A DNA stretch of 63,165 bases, filler included, from Saprolegnia diclina VS20 (taxonomy: Eukaryota), in NCBI RefSeq assembly GCF_000281045.1. It is 4 parts of 2 records of this genome, joined end to end, with 100 filler letters (N's around TTAATTAATTAA, not from the genome) between each part and the next. Parts side by side here need not be neighbours in the genome. Positions count along the whole stretch, not along the records: positions 1 to 27,014 come from NW_008246091.1; 3 more parts are not named here. One strand, written 5' to 3'. Position 1 is the stretch's first letter, and every line of letters begins with the position of its first letter. The position numbers and the translations under genes are program-made. The notes under the pieces were generated by a model, which saw only the letters and a program-made list of their open reading frames with translations, was not told where the DNA came from and searched no databases. Below, one piece after another: positions 1 to 10,689 of this stretch.

Positions 1-3000
1 ACGTTGAAGTGACGCATCTATTAATTAGCTCTTGTCGCCATAGAGTCTCATCGTTCTCGACCGTGGAGGTGCTGTACGAAACTAGGGCTCCTGTACGTCC
101 CCGCTGCGCATGCCTCAGGCCTTTCTTTTGCTTGAGCTGCAACGTACTTCCACGAAACAAGTCGACTTAGCAGGCTTTCTCAAATATACTCCGTCGACAG
201 TGTGCCTTTGGACGGTTGTCGACGTCGCGATAGTACACAACTTGTAAAAGGTCCTTGCGGGGTGAGCTGGTAGGAACTTTCGTGTTGAATGCAAGCGTTA
301 ATTAATGGTATTGCGACGATGGGGTGTCGCTTGCTGCAGTCTTCCCACTCTTTCGAAATCGCACCTAATCACCTAATCGGAAAGTTGCGTGGATTTCAAT
401 CAAGTACGCATACGCACTCTATCGCAATACTTTAACCAAGTATGTCGTCCAGGATGTGGAAGCACTTAACGGTGACTCCAAAATCGCACTTCCGCGTGAT
501 GCGATTAGACAAATGAAACTGCGTTTCATTTGCCAAAATGGCGGACTAGCTAATGGGGTGACCAGGAAATCCCGCGTAAACGTTCCTACCAAGAAAAAGG
601 TCCTAAATGCCGGACAATAGTGGAGAATTACGCACCGTGGTCGCCTTTGCGATGTTGAGTTGTTGGACGTTCAAGTGCTCTTCACCTCAGCACAGGCGTG
701 TCCTATCGGTACCTTTCGTTGAGCCGCGCTGCGTTGGAGTGACGCGCGGCCCTCATCAAGATGCCGCTCATGGAGACCGCTGGCTTCATTCTCTTGGAGC
801 TCTTGCTGATTGTACAACTTTGAAATCAAACGGGGATGAAACGTCAGAAAATTATTTGACACAAGGCAATGAGCCTGACAGCAGCGTCAAGGTCAGCGAT
901 ACCGCATGAGGTTTTGTTGCTGTTATTGCTGCGCTTCAGGCTACACTTACCACATGGCTCGACGAGCTCTCTCGAGCATTTTTACGGAGCAAGCTGAAGT
1001 CCGTGTCCCAGCACATTTTACCTCTTCATCTCCATTTTGCAACGTATCGACGGTTGACATGGCTGCACTCGATAATGTGGCAGAGAAAAGGCAGCTCCAG
1101 TAAGCCTTTGAACACTAATAGTATATGCACCCAGGCTAGCTTGAATTGCGACGGCATTTTGGCGCAGACCAATCGATGCTCTTGCATGGCTTGGATCGCA
1201 ATTCGTTCTCAATAGCAGCCATCGGATTGGCTGCCCGCACGAGCATTTCTGATTTCTGATTGGGTTTCCCGTCCCGTAAACCGTAGCCATTTTGTGATAC
1301 TAACGCCCGGTCGTGCGCCGTCGCACGAAGGTGGCAGCCGGGAAGCTCAGCCGGGATGGGCGCTCCGATGTTGCACATCAAGATCGCGCATACAACTACT
1401 TCCTGTCGACGGAGGCATGACAGGCGCGTCAGAGTGCTAGCTCAAGTGCTAGCTCCATACGTGGTGCGTCTTTCTTCCTGGCGTGGTGTGCCTACCTATC
1501 CACTTTTACGTTGCGCTCGGGTACAGAATGCAGGCTACGAACGCACCACCTCAAAGCGGAGCTTTATATTATAAAGATGACATGGTATGTGTGACACGCC
1601 AACAAGATGCCACGGTGAAGGTTACGCTGCGATCGGCAGTAAACGACCATGGTCTACGATGATGCTTGGGATTCGTCGTGTAGTCTCACACGAAGCAGGC
1701 GAGCAATGCCCCGCGTCGTTGGTCGTCGCAACGCCCGCCGTACGTGACCCATCCTCCTCCATATTGTCATGCTTCCTGCACGGTCTGGCGCACGTGCAGT
1801 AGCCAACGCTGACAACTGAAACCAGCGACCAAGACCAGCTCCAAGAATAGCGTATCTTTATCACCTTGCACACGAATCAATATTTGAACACCGAATCGAA
1901 GCGGCAAACGACGGGGGTGTTCTTCGGTCCCGCTCTGATCACGGATGATTCCAGTTGATGGTGATCAGGCAAAGCGGTGGTCCCAACACACGTGAGCATG
2001 TCAAGCCGCACGGGGCGATGCAATCACACGCGCATGAAGTACCTCTAGACCTATCCAGCATTGCGGGGACATGCTACGTCAGTTGTCTGATGCGCCGCAT
2101 CTCGTGTGTTGCCTCGAACGATCGCTTGCACCTCGTTGGTGCGCTCGCTCCAGCACGGATCGGCGACTTTCCATAGTTGACCCACGGAAAACAGTACATG
2201 TGCTGCTCCGCTACGAAACTGAGGGACCAACCTAGAACCAACAGGCGATCGCGGTCTGGCGACTAAGCGACGGGCGACAACTCAACGCATTTGCGTCATA
2301 CCGCGTCAATTGCAGCTCCACCACGCGTTGCTGGTTCGAAATGAGTTCAGCTAAGCTTAGCTGTACCTTCTCCGCATGCACACAACGTGTTGATTGGCAA
2401 GAGACCAGAACTGACGGCCGTATTGCCTCGTCAGGCTGACTTGTTTTATTCTTCGCTCAGGGGGATAAAGGGCGCGAGGCCTGCATTACCGCTGCACCTC
2501 GGGTGAGGCGTGGCGGGTTGCTTAGCGGAGATCGGAAACTAGAATGCTAGGCTCTGGCCACCAGTCGTTGGTTTTGCTGAGCCGCCTTCTCTTGAAAAGT
2601 CCGTTTCGACTCCTTGCAGGCGCGAAACACCCACTTTGCAGCCGCGATTCTCGGACTCGCTGCGCTCGAGCTCGTCCAGCGACTCTACGACGACGAGGAC
2701 CTCAGTTTTGGCCATGTACCTCGACGCCTAGCGGCTCTTGCTTGTGCTGACTTTGCCTTTGTTTGTCACCCCTCGGTTGCTCGGCGCGTGCAACTCCCAG
2801 CCTTGACAACCAGTCTTCGTCCGTCCACCGTGCTAGCGCTGAAAGCGCATCGCGGTGCAGGACGTCCTTTGCGTGCAGCTGCGGCACNNNNNNNNNNNNN
2901 NNNNNNNNNNNNNNNNNNNNNNNNNNNNNNNNNNNNNNNNNNNNNNNNNNNNNNNNNNNNNNNNNNNNNNNNNNNNNNNNNNNNNNNNNNNNNNNNNNNN

Positions 3001-4399
3001 NNNNNNNNNNNNNNNNNNNNNNNNNNNNNNNNNNNNNNNNNNNNNNNNNNNNNNNNNNNNNNNNNNNNNNNNNNNNNNNNNNNNNNNNNNNNNNNNNNNN
3101 NNNNNNNNNNNNNNNNNNNNNNNNNNNNNNNNNNNNNNNNNNNNNNNNNNNNNNNNNNNNNNNNNNNNNNNNNNNNNNNNNNNNNNNNNNNNNNNNNNNN
3201 NNNNNNNNNNNNNNNNNNNNNNNNNNNNNNNNNNNNNNNNNNNNNNNNNNNNNNNNNNNNNNNNNNNNNNNNNNNNNNNNNNNNNNNNNNNNNNNNNNNN
3301 NNNNNNNNNNNNNNNNNNNNNNNNNNNNNNNNNNNNNNNNNNNNNNNNNNNNNNNNNNNNNNNNNNNNNNNNNNNNNNNNNNNNNNNNNNNNNNNNNNNN
3401 NNNNNNNNNNNNNNNNNNNNNNNNNNNNNNNNNNNNNNNNNNNNNNNNNNNNNNNNNNNNNNNNNNNNNNNNNNNNNNNNNNNNNNNNNNNNNNNNNNNN
3501 NNNNNNNNNNNNNNNNNNNNNNNNNNNNNNNNNNNNNNNNNNNNNNNNNNNNNNNNNNNNNNNNNNNNNNNNNNNNNNNNNNNNNNNNNNNNNNNNNNNN
3601 NNNNNNNNNNCCGACAAGGATGAGAGTCGATTGTAGCGGACGGTCTCCACGACCTATCGCCACCTAGATTGTGTGGTCCACTATCCCTCATGTTCCTGCC
3701 ATCAAGGTTGTTTATTTAGCAAATATTTTTTATTGTAAAATGGATTTGCGTATATATGCGTATATATACTTCGCGCAATATTACAAATCCGGTATATACT
3801 CTGCGTGCTTTGCTGCTTGGCCTTCTACATGGCCATGTAGGCTGAGTAAAATAGGCTAGGTGCCTCTACATGGTCATGTAGGGTGGGTAAATGCAGTCGG
3901 GTACGATGGGGTGGGTGATTCTATCGCTTTGCGCACCCTTGTCTTCCGCCACCCCCGACAACTAATATTTACTCTCTAAACATTATATTTCTTTGGCAGC
4001 TTGCGTGGACAGCCTGCCACGTCATGGTATTATATACCATTTATAATTCTTATATAAGTCAAATAAACTATATATGCGTATTTGATACAGAAATCCAGTA
4101 TTTGCCCAACCTTGCTGCCATGGCATGACGCCATAACGCTCGAGCCGATGACGCTGCCTGCGTCGCAGCTGCACCGAATCGACGAGTGGTGCCGCCTCGG
4201 CCATGAGTTCCTTCACGATGCACCCCTCGCCGCGCTTGCGCTCGTTCGTGCTACTACACGAGCTGGAAGCACTTTAGATTCTATGCTCTCGGCACGCTCG
4301 ATGCGCAGGTTGCTGTCGGCGAAATTCTCTGCCACGTGCGCGCGTACACTACCGCCCACGCTTGGCTCCAAGACGCCATGGTCGCTTCAATGCGACCGA

Positions 4400-5200
4400 C
4401 TCGGACGAGCACGACGCCATGAAGCACGACTGTCTTACGGCGCTGGGAAACGAGCTAGCGTCCGCCCGTGTCTTATTAGAGCGTGTCGCGCTTCTGGACG
4501 AGCTCTTGACTACCAATTTGGAAATGGCTTGAGCTCGCTTGCTCTGCGCCTGCATCTTGGATCTTGTATCTTGCGTTTCCGTTTTGGATCTTGATAATCT
4601 GGATCGCTCGGACTTGTGCGGAAAACCTCTTCCACTGCTTGGAAACGGCCCTATCCCTTGTTCGCGGTGCACGCATCACCGCGGCAGTGTGTGAGCCATG
4701 GAGGAGAATAACGAATATGTTGTGCTGCGTATTCTTTTGGTTATCCTGTTGCTGTCCAACTACGAAAGCCCAAGCAAAGCGATGACAATACATATGATGG
4801 ATCCGTTCAGAGTGCTTTGGGCAAGGGAATATAACAGTTCTTGTCTTGGCTTTGGGCAACAATTCCAGGCTACGGGGTGCAAGTGACACCAATAGCTCCT
4901 CGTACAATTGTAGTGGGAAGCGTCTATACCTGCGCCGTCGACAATTTGTCAACAAGATATATTGGCTCGAGCACACAAGTGGTGTGTTCACATCTCGATG
5001 CGTTCAGCGTAGTGACTACACGGTACACTGCAGCGGCTCGTCGTGCCCACGTGTCAGACGGTGGCGCCTGGCACCGAGTCCACCGTGTAACGATCGGTTA
5101 CACGGCCAAGCTGGAGCACGAACGAGACCCAGCTGGCGACACGGGCCTGGCTCACGATGGAAGCGTCGAGCTCCACTCGTTCCCACTCAAGGCATGAAGG
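4400..5200 (-). mobile_element. Decayed non-LTR (L1-type) retrotransposon, AP-endonuclease region
   Basis: Minus-strand translation gives, in the expected order, RDVNTPL (cf. GDFNTPL), FPCPKHSERIHHMY (cf. YT..SRIDY) and GSHTAAV (cf. SDH.AV), with frameshifts. The downstream segment (RYKIQ...AQSK) is shared with 18840-18970. Boundaries approximate. Confidence 0.55.
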
Positions 5201-5805
5201 CCAACCACCAACGAAGGGCCGCAGACGAACGTAGACTAGCACGCTAGGATAGGTTCGTCTAAGATCAATCACTTTGGCTTTTGCACTCTTGCAGTAACTC
5301 GCAGCTTTAGCAAAGCACCTCGCACGGCAAGCTTTAACACCACGTCCTGTGTCTATTGCGAGCAAAGCAATACGACCGATTCATGACCAGTAGTGTCCAG
5401 TGACTGGCGACTAATGGAACGAGCGCGTAGAGCAGTGCTGGGTACCGGGCTCTTCAGCGTATTGGTCCCGTCCAAGGTTGACCAGCCCGGACACATGAAG
5501 ACACACCAGAAGGTCTCCGTGCACTCGATGACTCGTCAGCCACGCCAGGATTATCGCTGCTTGGCCAGGCTCGCAAGCCGAACTTCAAGTGTGTGCTTCA
5601 AGGCGCTCGTTTCTGTCCCAGCGCATAGCCCCATTTGAAAATGCATACAAAGCATTTAATCAATATAGGCTGCATATGAATTTGGACTTAACTGGAAGCC
5701 TGTATTGTCCAACGTAGAATATATGCATATGCATCGCTAGCCTAGCATGGCAATCTAACGAGCCAGAGTTGAATTGGCACCGTTTTATGTGTCTCGGACG
5801 TGACG

Positions 5806-7380
5806 ATGGCGAGTGTGCTGCGCTGCCACGATCTCGTGCGCCTTGTGGCGTCGTTCCAGGATGGTCAATACCTCGCCGTGTGTAGCTTCCTCCGCCTGCC
5901 GCGCAGCTGCTTTGCCGACCTCGACATGCCACCAGACGTCGAGTGGGGCCACCACTACGCCCGCGCCGTCGCCACCGACGGCGACGTGGCCGCATGGTAC
6001 GCCACGTACGGCGTCCACGGCCTTTTGCGCCTCCTCGCTGCCAACGTCCGGCCCTGCGTCCAAGGCATCTACTATTGGATCGTAGCGTGCCGATGCGAAC
6101 GCCTCTTGCAAGCGATTGAGATTGCCTGCCCATCGACTGCACCGCGTGGCTTGCTCGACGTTGCCGCTGCCCGCGGCCACGAGACACTCGTACACTGGCT
6201 ACAGTCCCACGGCCATGACACGTGCTCGACAAACGCGATGGACCTTGCGGCCGAGCGCGGCAGTCTTCGCGTCCTCGCGTACCTCCAACGGCACCGAACC
6301 GAAGGCGCGACGTCGGTCGGTTTCGAAGCCGCCGTCCAACAAGGTCACCTCGACGTCGTGCGTTTTCTTTACGAGCACTACCCAGGCCTCTGTCGTCCCA
6401 ACATTTACGAGATCGCGGCCGCGTATGGCCAACTCGACGTTCTCAAGTATCTCTGTCGGTACACGGCCCCCTTTGCCGTCTCCATCCAGCGCGCCAAGCA
6501 AACCGCAGCGCAGACAGGTCACTTTGACGTGCTCCTCGCCCTCCACAAGCTCTACCCACGCCCTGAGCACCTAGTGCCCATTGCACGTAGCGCGCTCAAG
6601 CGTCAGCACGTCGCGCTCTGCGATTTTTTCGCGCGTTCTCTCTGGCCCGTACGAGGAAGCTTGGAAGCCTACGTCGGCCGCAACTGCGTACAGTCGTGCA
6701 TCATTGAAGCGTCACGCGCAGGCAATTTGCCGATACTCGAGCTCATCGACGTCTACGAGCCGCGCGTACCATGGCCCCCGGAGGCCTTCGAGCGCGCAGT
6801 CGCGGCGGGCCACGACCACATTGCTCACCTCATTTCATCCCGGCACCAAGAGGCGGTGACGCTGACGTCGGTCGACGCTGCCATGGCCAGCACGCGAGCA
6901 CCACTCGCCCTTGTCGTATTTCTCCTCGAGACGTTGGGTTTGCGCAGCGACCCACGCATTGCGGTGCTCCACGGCCGAACGGATGTCTTACAATACCTCG
7001 TGGACCACCCGTGGGCGGTTCGTGACGGCGGCTGGGGCCCCGAGCTTCTCAACTTGGCTGCTGCGCACGGTCGGCTCGATATGGTCACACTTCTGCACAC
7101 AAGGCGCCCGGACGATGGCTGCACGTATGCTGCGATGAACCTCGCCGCGGGTTTTGGCCACTTGGACGTCGTCGCGTATCTAAACGAGCACCGATCCGAG
7201 GGCTGCACGGACGACGCGCTGTGGAAAGCGATGGGTCGCCGCCACTACGCTATGGTGCAGTACCTTTACAGCCATTGTGCTGGCTACTTTAGCAGTGACG
7301 CTATGGCGGCGGCCAAGACCTTTCTTGGCGCGCCTGTGCACTGGGACCGCAAAGGCAGTCTTGGTGAGCTCGTCTGCTAG
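5806..7380 (+). CDS. Ankyrin-repeat protein (oomycete expanded family)
   Basis: Intronless ORF from ATG 5806 with repeated AMDLAAERGSLRVLAYL / AAAHGRLDMVTLLH / AMNLAAGFGHLDVVAYL...EGCT motifs. Confidence 0.9.
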   Translation: MASVLRCHDLVRLVASFQDGQYLAVCSFLRLPRSCFADLDMPPDVEWGHHYARAVATDGDVAAWYATYGVHGLLRLLAANVRPCVQGIYYWIVACRCERLLQAIEIACPSTAPRGLLDVAAARGHETLVHWLQSHGHDTCSTNAMDLAAERGSLRVLAYLQRHRTEGATSVGFEAAVQQGHLDVVRFLYEHYPGLCRPNIYEIAAAYGQLDVLKYLCRYTAPFAVSIQRAKQTAAQTGHFDVLLALHKLYPRPEHLVPIARSALKRQHVALCDFFARSLWPVRGSLEAYVGRNCVQSCIIEASRAGNLPILELIDVYEPRVPWPPEAFERAVAAGHDHIAHLISSRHQEAVTLTSVDAAMASTRAPLALVVFLLETLGLRSDPRIAVLHGRTDVLQYLVDHPWAVRDGGWGPELLNLAAAHGRLDMVTLLHTRRPDDGCTYAAMNLAAGFGHLDVVAYLNEHRSEGCTDDALWKAMGRRHYAMVQYLYSHCAGYFSSDAMAAAKTFLGAPVHWDRKGSLGELVC

Positions 7381-7602
7381 TAGATATTACATGTACTTGA
7401 CAAACAATAGTATCCTTACCGTGTAGCCGATATCGATAACGCCACGGGCTGAAGACTGCCGCAGCACGAGTTGGTCGTAGCAGCCGCCGCTTGTAATGCG
7501 GCAAGACTACTCTAACCGAGTGCGTATGGCGATTAACACGTAGCTAGAGTCAAAGTGGTTGAATTTCATTGCCGCCCGTGATTATTTGTGTCGGCAAGGC
7601 CC

Positions 7603-9064
7603 TTACGGCGTCAAAACGATGTGGAGGTCGTCGTCTGCGTCGACCGTGGGCTTGACGGCGATCGCAAACTGCACGATGGCCTTGATGTACCACGTGTCGA
7701 GGGCGTTGCGCGTGTAGTAGCCCAAGTGGCCGCCGTGCGTCGTGACCGCGAGCAAGACGTTGGGGTTGGCCTTGACGACGTCGTATGGAATGGCTTGGCG
7801 CGGGCAAATCGGGTCATCGAGCGCCGAGAGGCACAGCGTCGGGATCGCAATCCCTGCAATGTCTATTGCATCTACATGAGCGCACAAGTCGAAAGCATTC
7901 TACTGGGTCGTACAAGCTGCTGATGATGCATCCTTGTAAATGTCCAGCGGTGTCTCGTAGCTAGCGCGCGATAAATGGTCGCGTGCACAATGTCATTTCG
8001 TACCCAAAGACAGGACATGAGTAAGCGCGATCAAAGTCTTCCAAGATGCGTGCCTTCTTGAGCTGCTTCAAATTTACAGTCGCCTCGGTGCACAGCACGG
8101 CGTGCGCGTTGCTCTAAACAGCAATGTGGCAAGCTTCTTCCTTGACGAATGCACCTTTTTGAAAATGAGTTTGACGAGGCCGCTGGTGAGAGCTTTGTTG
8201 TAGATTTGTCGGTGCCACCACGACGTGGCAAGATGCGCGGTTGTCATCTCGAGGTCATACGGGTTTGCAAGCGAAATCGCGGCGGTTAGCAGACACAAGT
8301 TGCCCGCTTCGCCAACATACTTGAGCAATATGTTGGCGCCGAGCGAGTACCCGACCGCAATTAACGGCGTTGGCGCTGGCGCAGATGTGGCGCGGAGGTG
8401 TGCCACGACCTCTTTGACGTCCGCGGTGACGGCCGGACACACGAGCTAGGCGCGCTTAGTTGCCGAGTGTAGCGGTGGCAAGCGTACCTTGGGCGTCGTC
8501 ACAGGAGTCTTAGCACAACCCCTCGCATTCATGACCACGACACGAAAGCCGGCGGCAAGGCAGCGCTTGGCTGTGAGCTGAATGTACGACTAGACTCATT
8601 TGCACTAGCGCAATGGAAAATCGTACAGTGTACCTCGTGACTGCCGCCACCCAGACCATGCATGAGCACCTAGAAGACAATATATCACCTCGAGGAGATG
8701 GAATCCCAGGACGCACGATCGTCGGCGCGCTTCGGTCGTCAAGCAAGGTTGCGAGGTTCGCCGGCCGTGCCTTGGGCGACGCCCAGTCGAGCGAGACCGT
8801 ACCGCCGTCTACCAAGCGAACGAGCTCGCGCTCGTAGTGCACAACCTTGCGTGGCACGACGTTGAGACTGTGTGTCATTATGGTTTGGCAGTGCCCGTTC
8901 GGAAGGAACCATGTTGGTCGGAAGGCCTCGTCTACGCAGGCTTGATGAGACGCGCTGCGCTCAGACGTTTGCCTACGTAGCGCCGGCAGTTTGGCCAGAA
9001 GCAGGCGGCTCGGTGCGGCCAGGCTCTCGTGGGCGGTGAGCCGAGGCTTGCGGTCGTCTGGCAT
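7603..9064 (-). CDS. Alpha/beta hydrolase, ABHD1/3-YheT family (multi-exon)
   Basis: Exon motifs: PTWFLPNGHCQTI, LVDGGTVSLDW, nucleophile elbow VGYSLGANILLKY, ALDDPI, THGGHLGY. Short GT-AG introns, e.g. 8932-8976. Not all exon borders resolved. Confidence 0.88.
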
Positions 9065-9522
9065 CTTGCCGATTCGCAATCCGAACACAACTGGCTCGCG
9101 ATTCGTGCAAATCGTAGCGGTCGCGTCGCTGATTGGGCACTGGCTATTTTAAGCGGCCCAATCCAAATCGCCTTGTAGGATGTGGCATATGCCACAAGCA
9201 AGTTGTCCAGTTGGCGCAAGTGTTGGCGCAAGTGTCGGTGGCGCGCTGATCTTTTTTGGTTGTTGTTTGGACACGATCAGATTCGATTGACCGAGGTGAG
9301 GACCAAGTGATGTGGACAGTGACGGTGCGGCAATTAGATTACCCAAGTGATCTACCGCCCAGTTCATACTAGTAGTGTACACTACCGTGGCACTTCAAAT
9401 GCATTGCTGCTCCACTGAACTACTAGTAGGTACTACGGCCTTGCTACAATTGTACGCGCAGCCATTGGGTGGACAGGCATACTGTTGGTGTGAAAGGAAG
9501 TCTTGGGCCATACTAGTACGAG

Positions 9523-10332
9523 TTACACTCCATAGAACTCACATAAAGCGAGTGCGAAGGGCACAAATACTGCGTTCCGAGCCCTAGAAACGAGTGGCGT
9601 GCTCGACGTTGCGGGTAGTTCGGCTGTTGTTGGTGTCGGTGGCAGTGTCGATGGCATTGTTGGAGTCGGGGGCGTACTTGTCGTTGGCACCGGTGCCGGC
9701 CCGATCCATAAGCCCGTGGCGTTGCAATTGGAGGCGCTGGTGCCGATGCAAAACTGCTGCAGTCGCGGCGAGCATTTGTCGTTGCACCACGTACAGCACC
9801 CTCGATTTTCCACGCACGAGGCAAAGCTTTTGGCGCGGGCGCACTGGAACGGATCCGTCGAAGTCTTGCCGAGCTGCCAATTGAGCTGAAAACGGCAGCC
9901 AGATCCACTCAAACAGACAACAACGACGACGTAGTCGCCGGGGACAAGAACCCGCGTCGGTGTTTCATATGGCGTCCCGGCGAGGTCAAGATTGCAGTCG
10001 GGATTTTCGCAAGCAAAGGTCGCGCCTTGCTCGTACGCAAGGTAGCTCGTATCGCGACGGAGCAAGTAGACCTTGTACTGGTCGCTAGCACCCGCTCGCA
10101 CCATGGGTTCGGAGCTCTCCAGAGGCGCGAGGACAGCACCACCGGGCACACCCAGGCACGTGTACTTCAAGACGGACTCCTTCGATGTTGTGTTTGCCGT
10201 CGAGTACACGGAGCAGGTTGGTGTTGGCGTCATAAACTGATCATATTGAGCGACTGAAAGCTCTGAGCCGAGGACAATCGACGGCCAGAGCACAAAGACA
10301 GCGACGAGGCCCAGCGACAGCAGCCGGGGCAT
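9523..10332 (-). CDS. Secreted Cys-rich protein with Thr/Pro stalk, probable GPI anchor
   Basis: N-terminal signal peptide MPRLLSLGLVAVFVLWPSIVLG, Cys-rich core, PTTSTPPTPT mucin-like tract, hydrophobic C-terminus. Intronless. Confidence 0.8.
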   Translation of the reverse strand: MPRLLSLGLVAVFVLWPSIVLGSELSVAQYDQFMTPTPTCSVYSTANTTSKESVLKYTCLGVPGGAVLAPLESSEPMVRAGASDQYKVYLLRRDTSYLAYEQGATFACENPDCNLDLAGTPYETPTRVLVPGDYVVVVVCLSGSGCRFQLNWQLGKTSTDPFQCARAKSFASCVENRGCCTWCNDKCSPRLQQFCIGTSASNCNATGLWIGPAPVPTTSTPPTPTMPSTLPPTPTTAELPATSSTPLVSRARNAVFVPFALALCEFYGV

Positions 10333-10689
10333 CGGCACACGGATGGAGAGAACTCTGGAATACGATATATTTGAAAGGTTCTTGAATTCGTCGAACAATA
10401 TCGTTTAGACTTGAGCTCTGACGCCGTATGAAACCGCACCGAGCCTCGTCCGCCGTGCAGAAGAACGCGCACATACAGTGGCGCGAGGCACGCGCATTGC
10501 ATTTCCTGGTAATACGTGCGTCGCCAAGAGGCTTGACGGGGTCGTCAACGGGCGATGCAATTTTCTGGCGACGGCCGGGTGCGGAAAGCGAATCACGATC
10601 TCATTCCATCGGACTATTGGTACTTCTCTCGTACTTCGCAAACAAAAGTGTAAGGCGTCAAACGGTCTGTGGATCCGCTTCTAGCGCCG

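Noticed and set aside
1..2440. Short ORFs in the first 2.4 kb (also 45.9-47.0 and 48.0-49.1 kb)
   Set aside because: No recognisable motifs or consistent codon bias, so left unannotated.
2614..3691. Long ORFs spanning N runs (also at 15.2-16.2, 18.8-19.6, 20.5-21.3, 23.8-25.1 and 50.6-51.8 kb)
   Set aside because: Their length comes from translating Ns as X. Only the DUF4419 copy B case has support on both sides of the gap.
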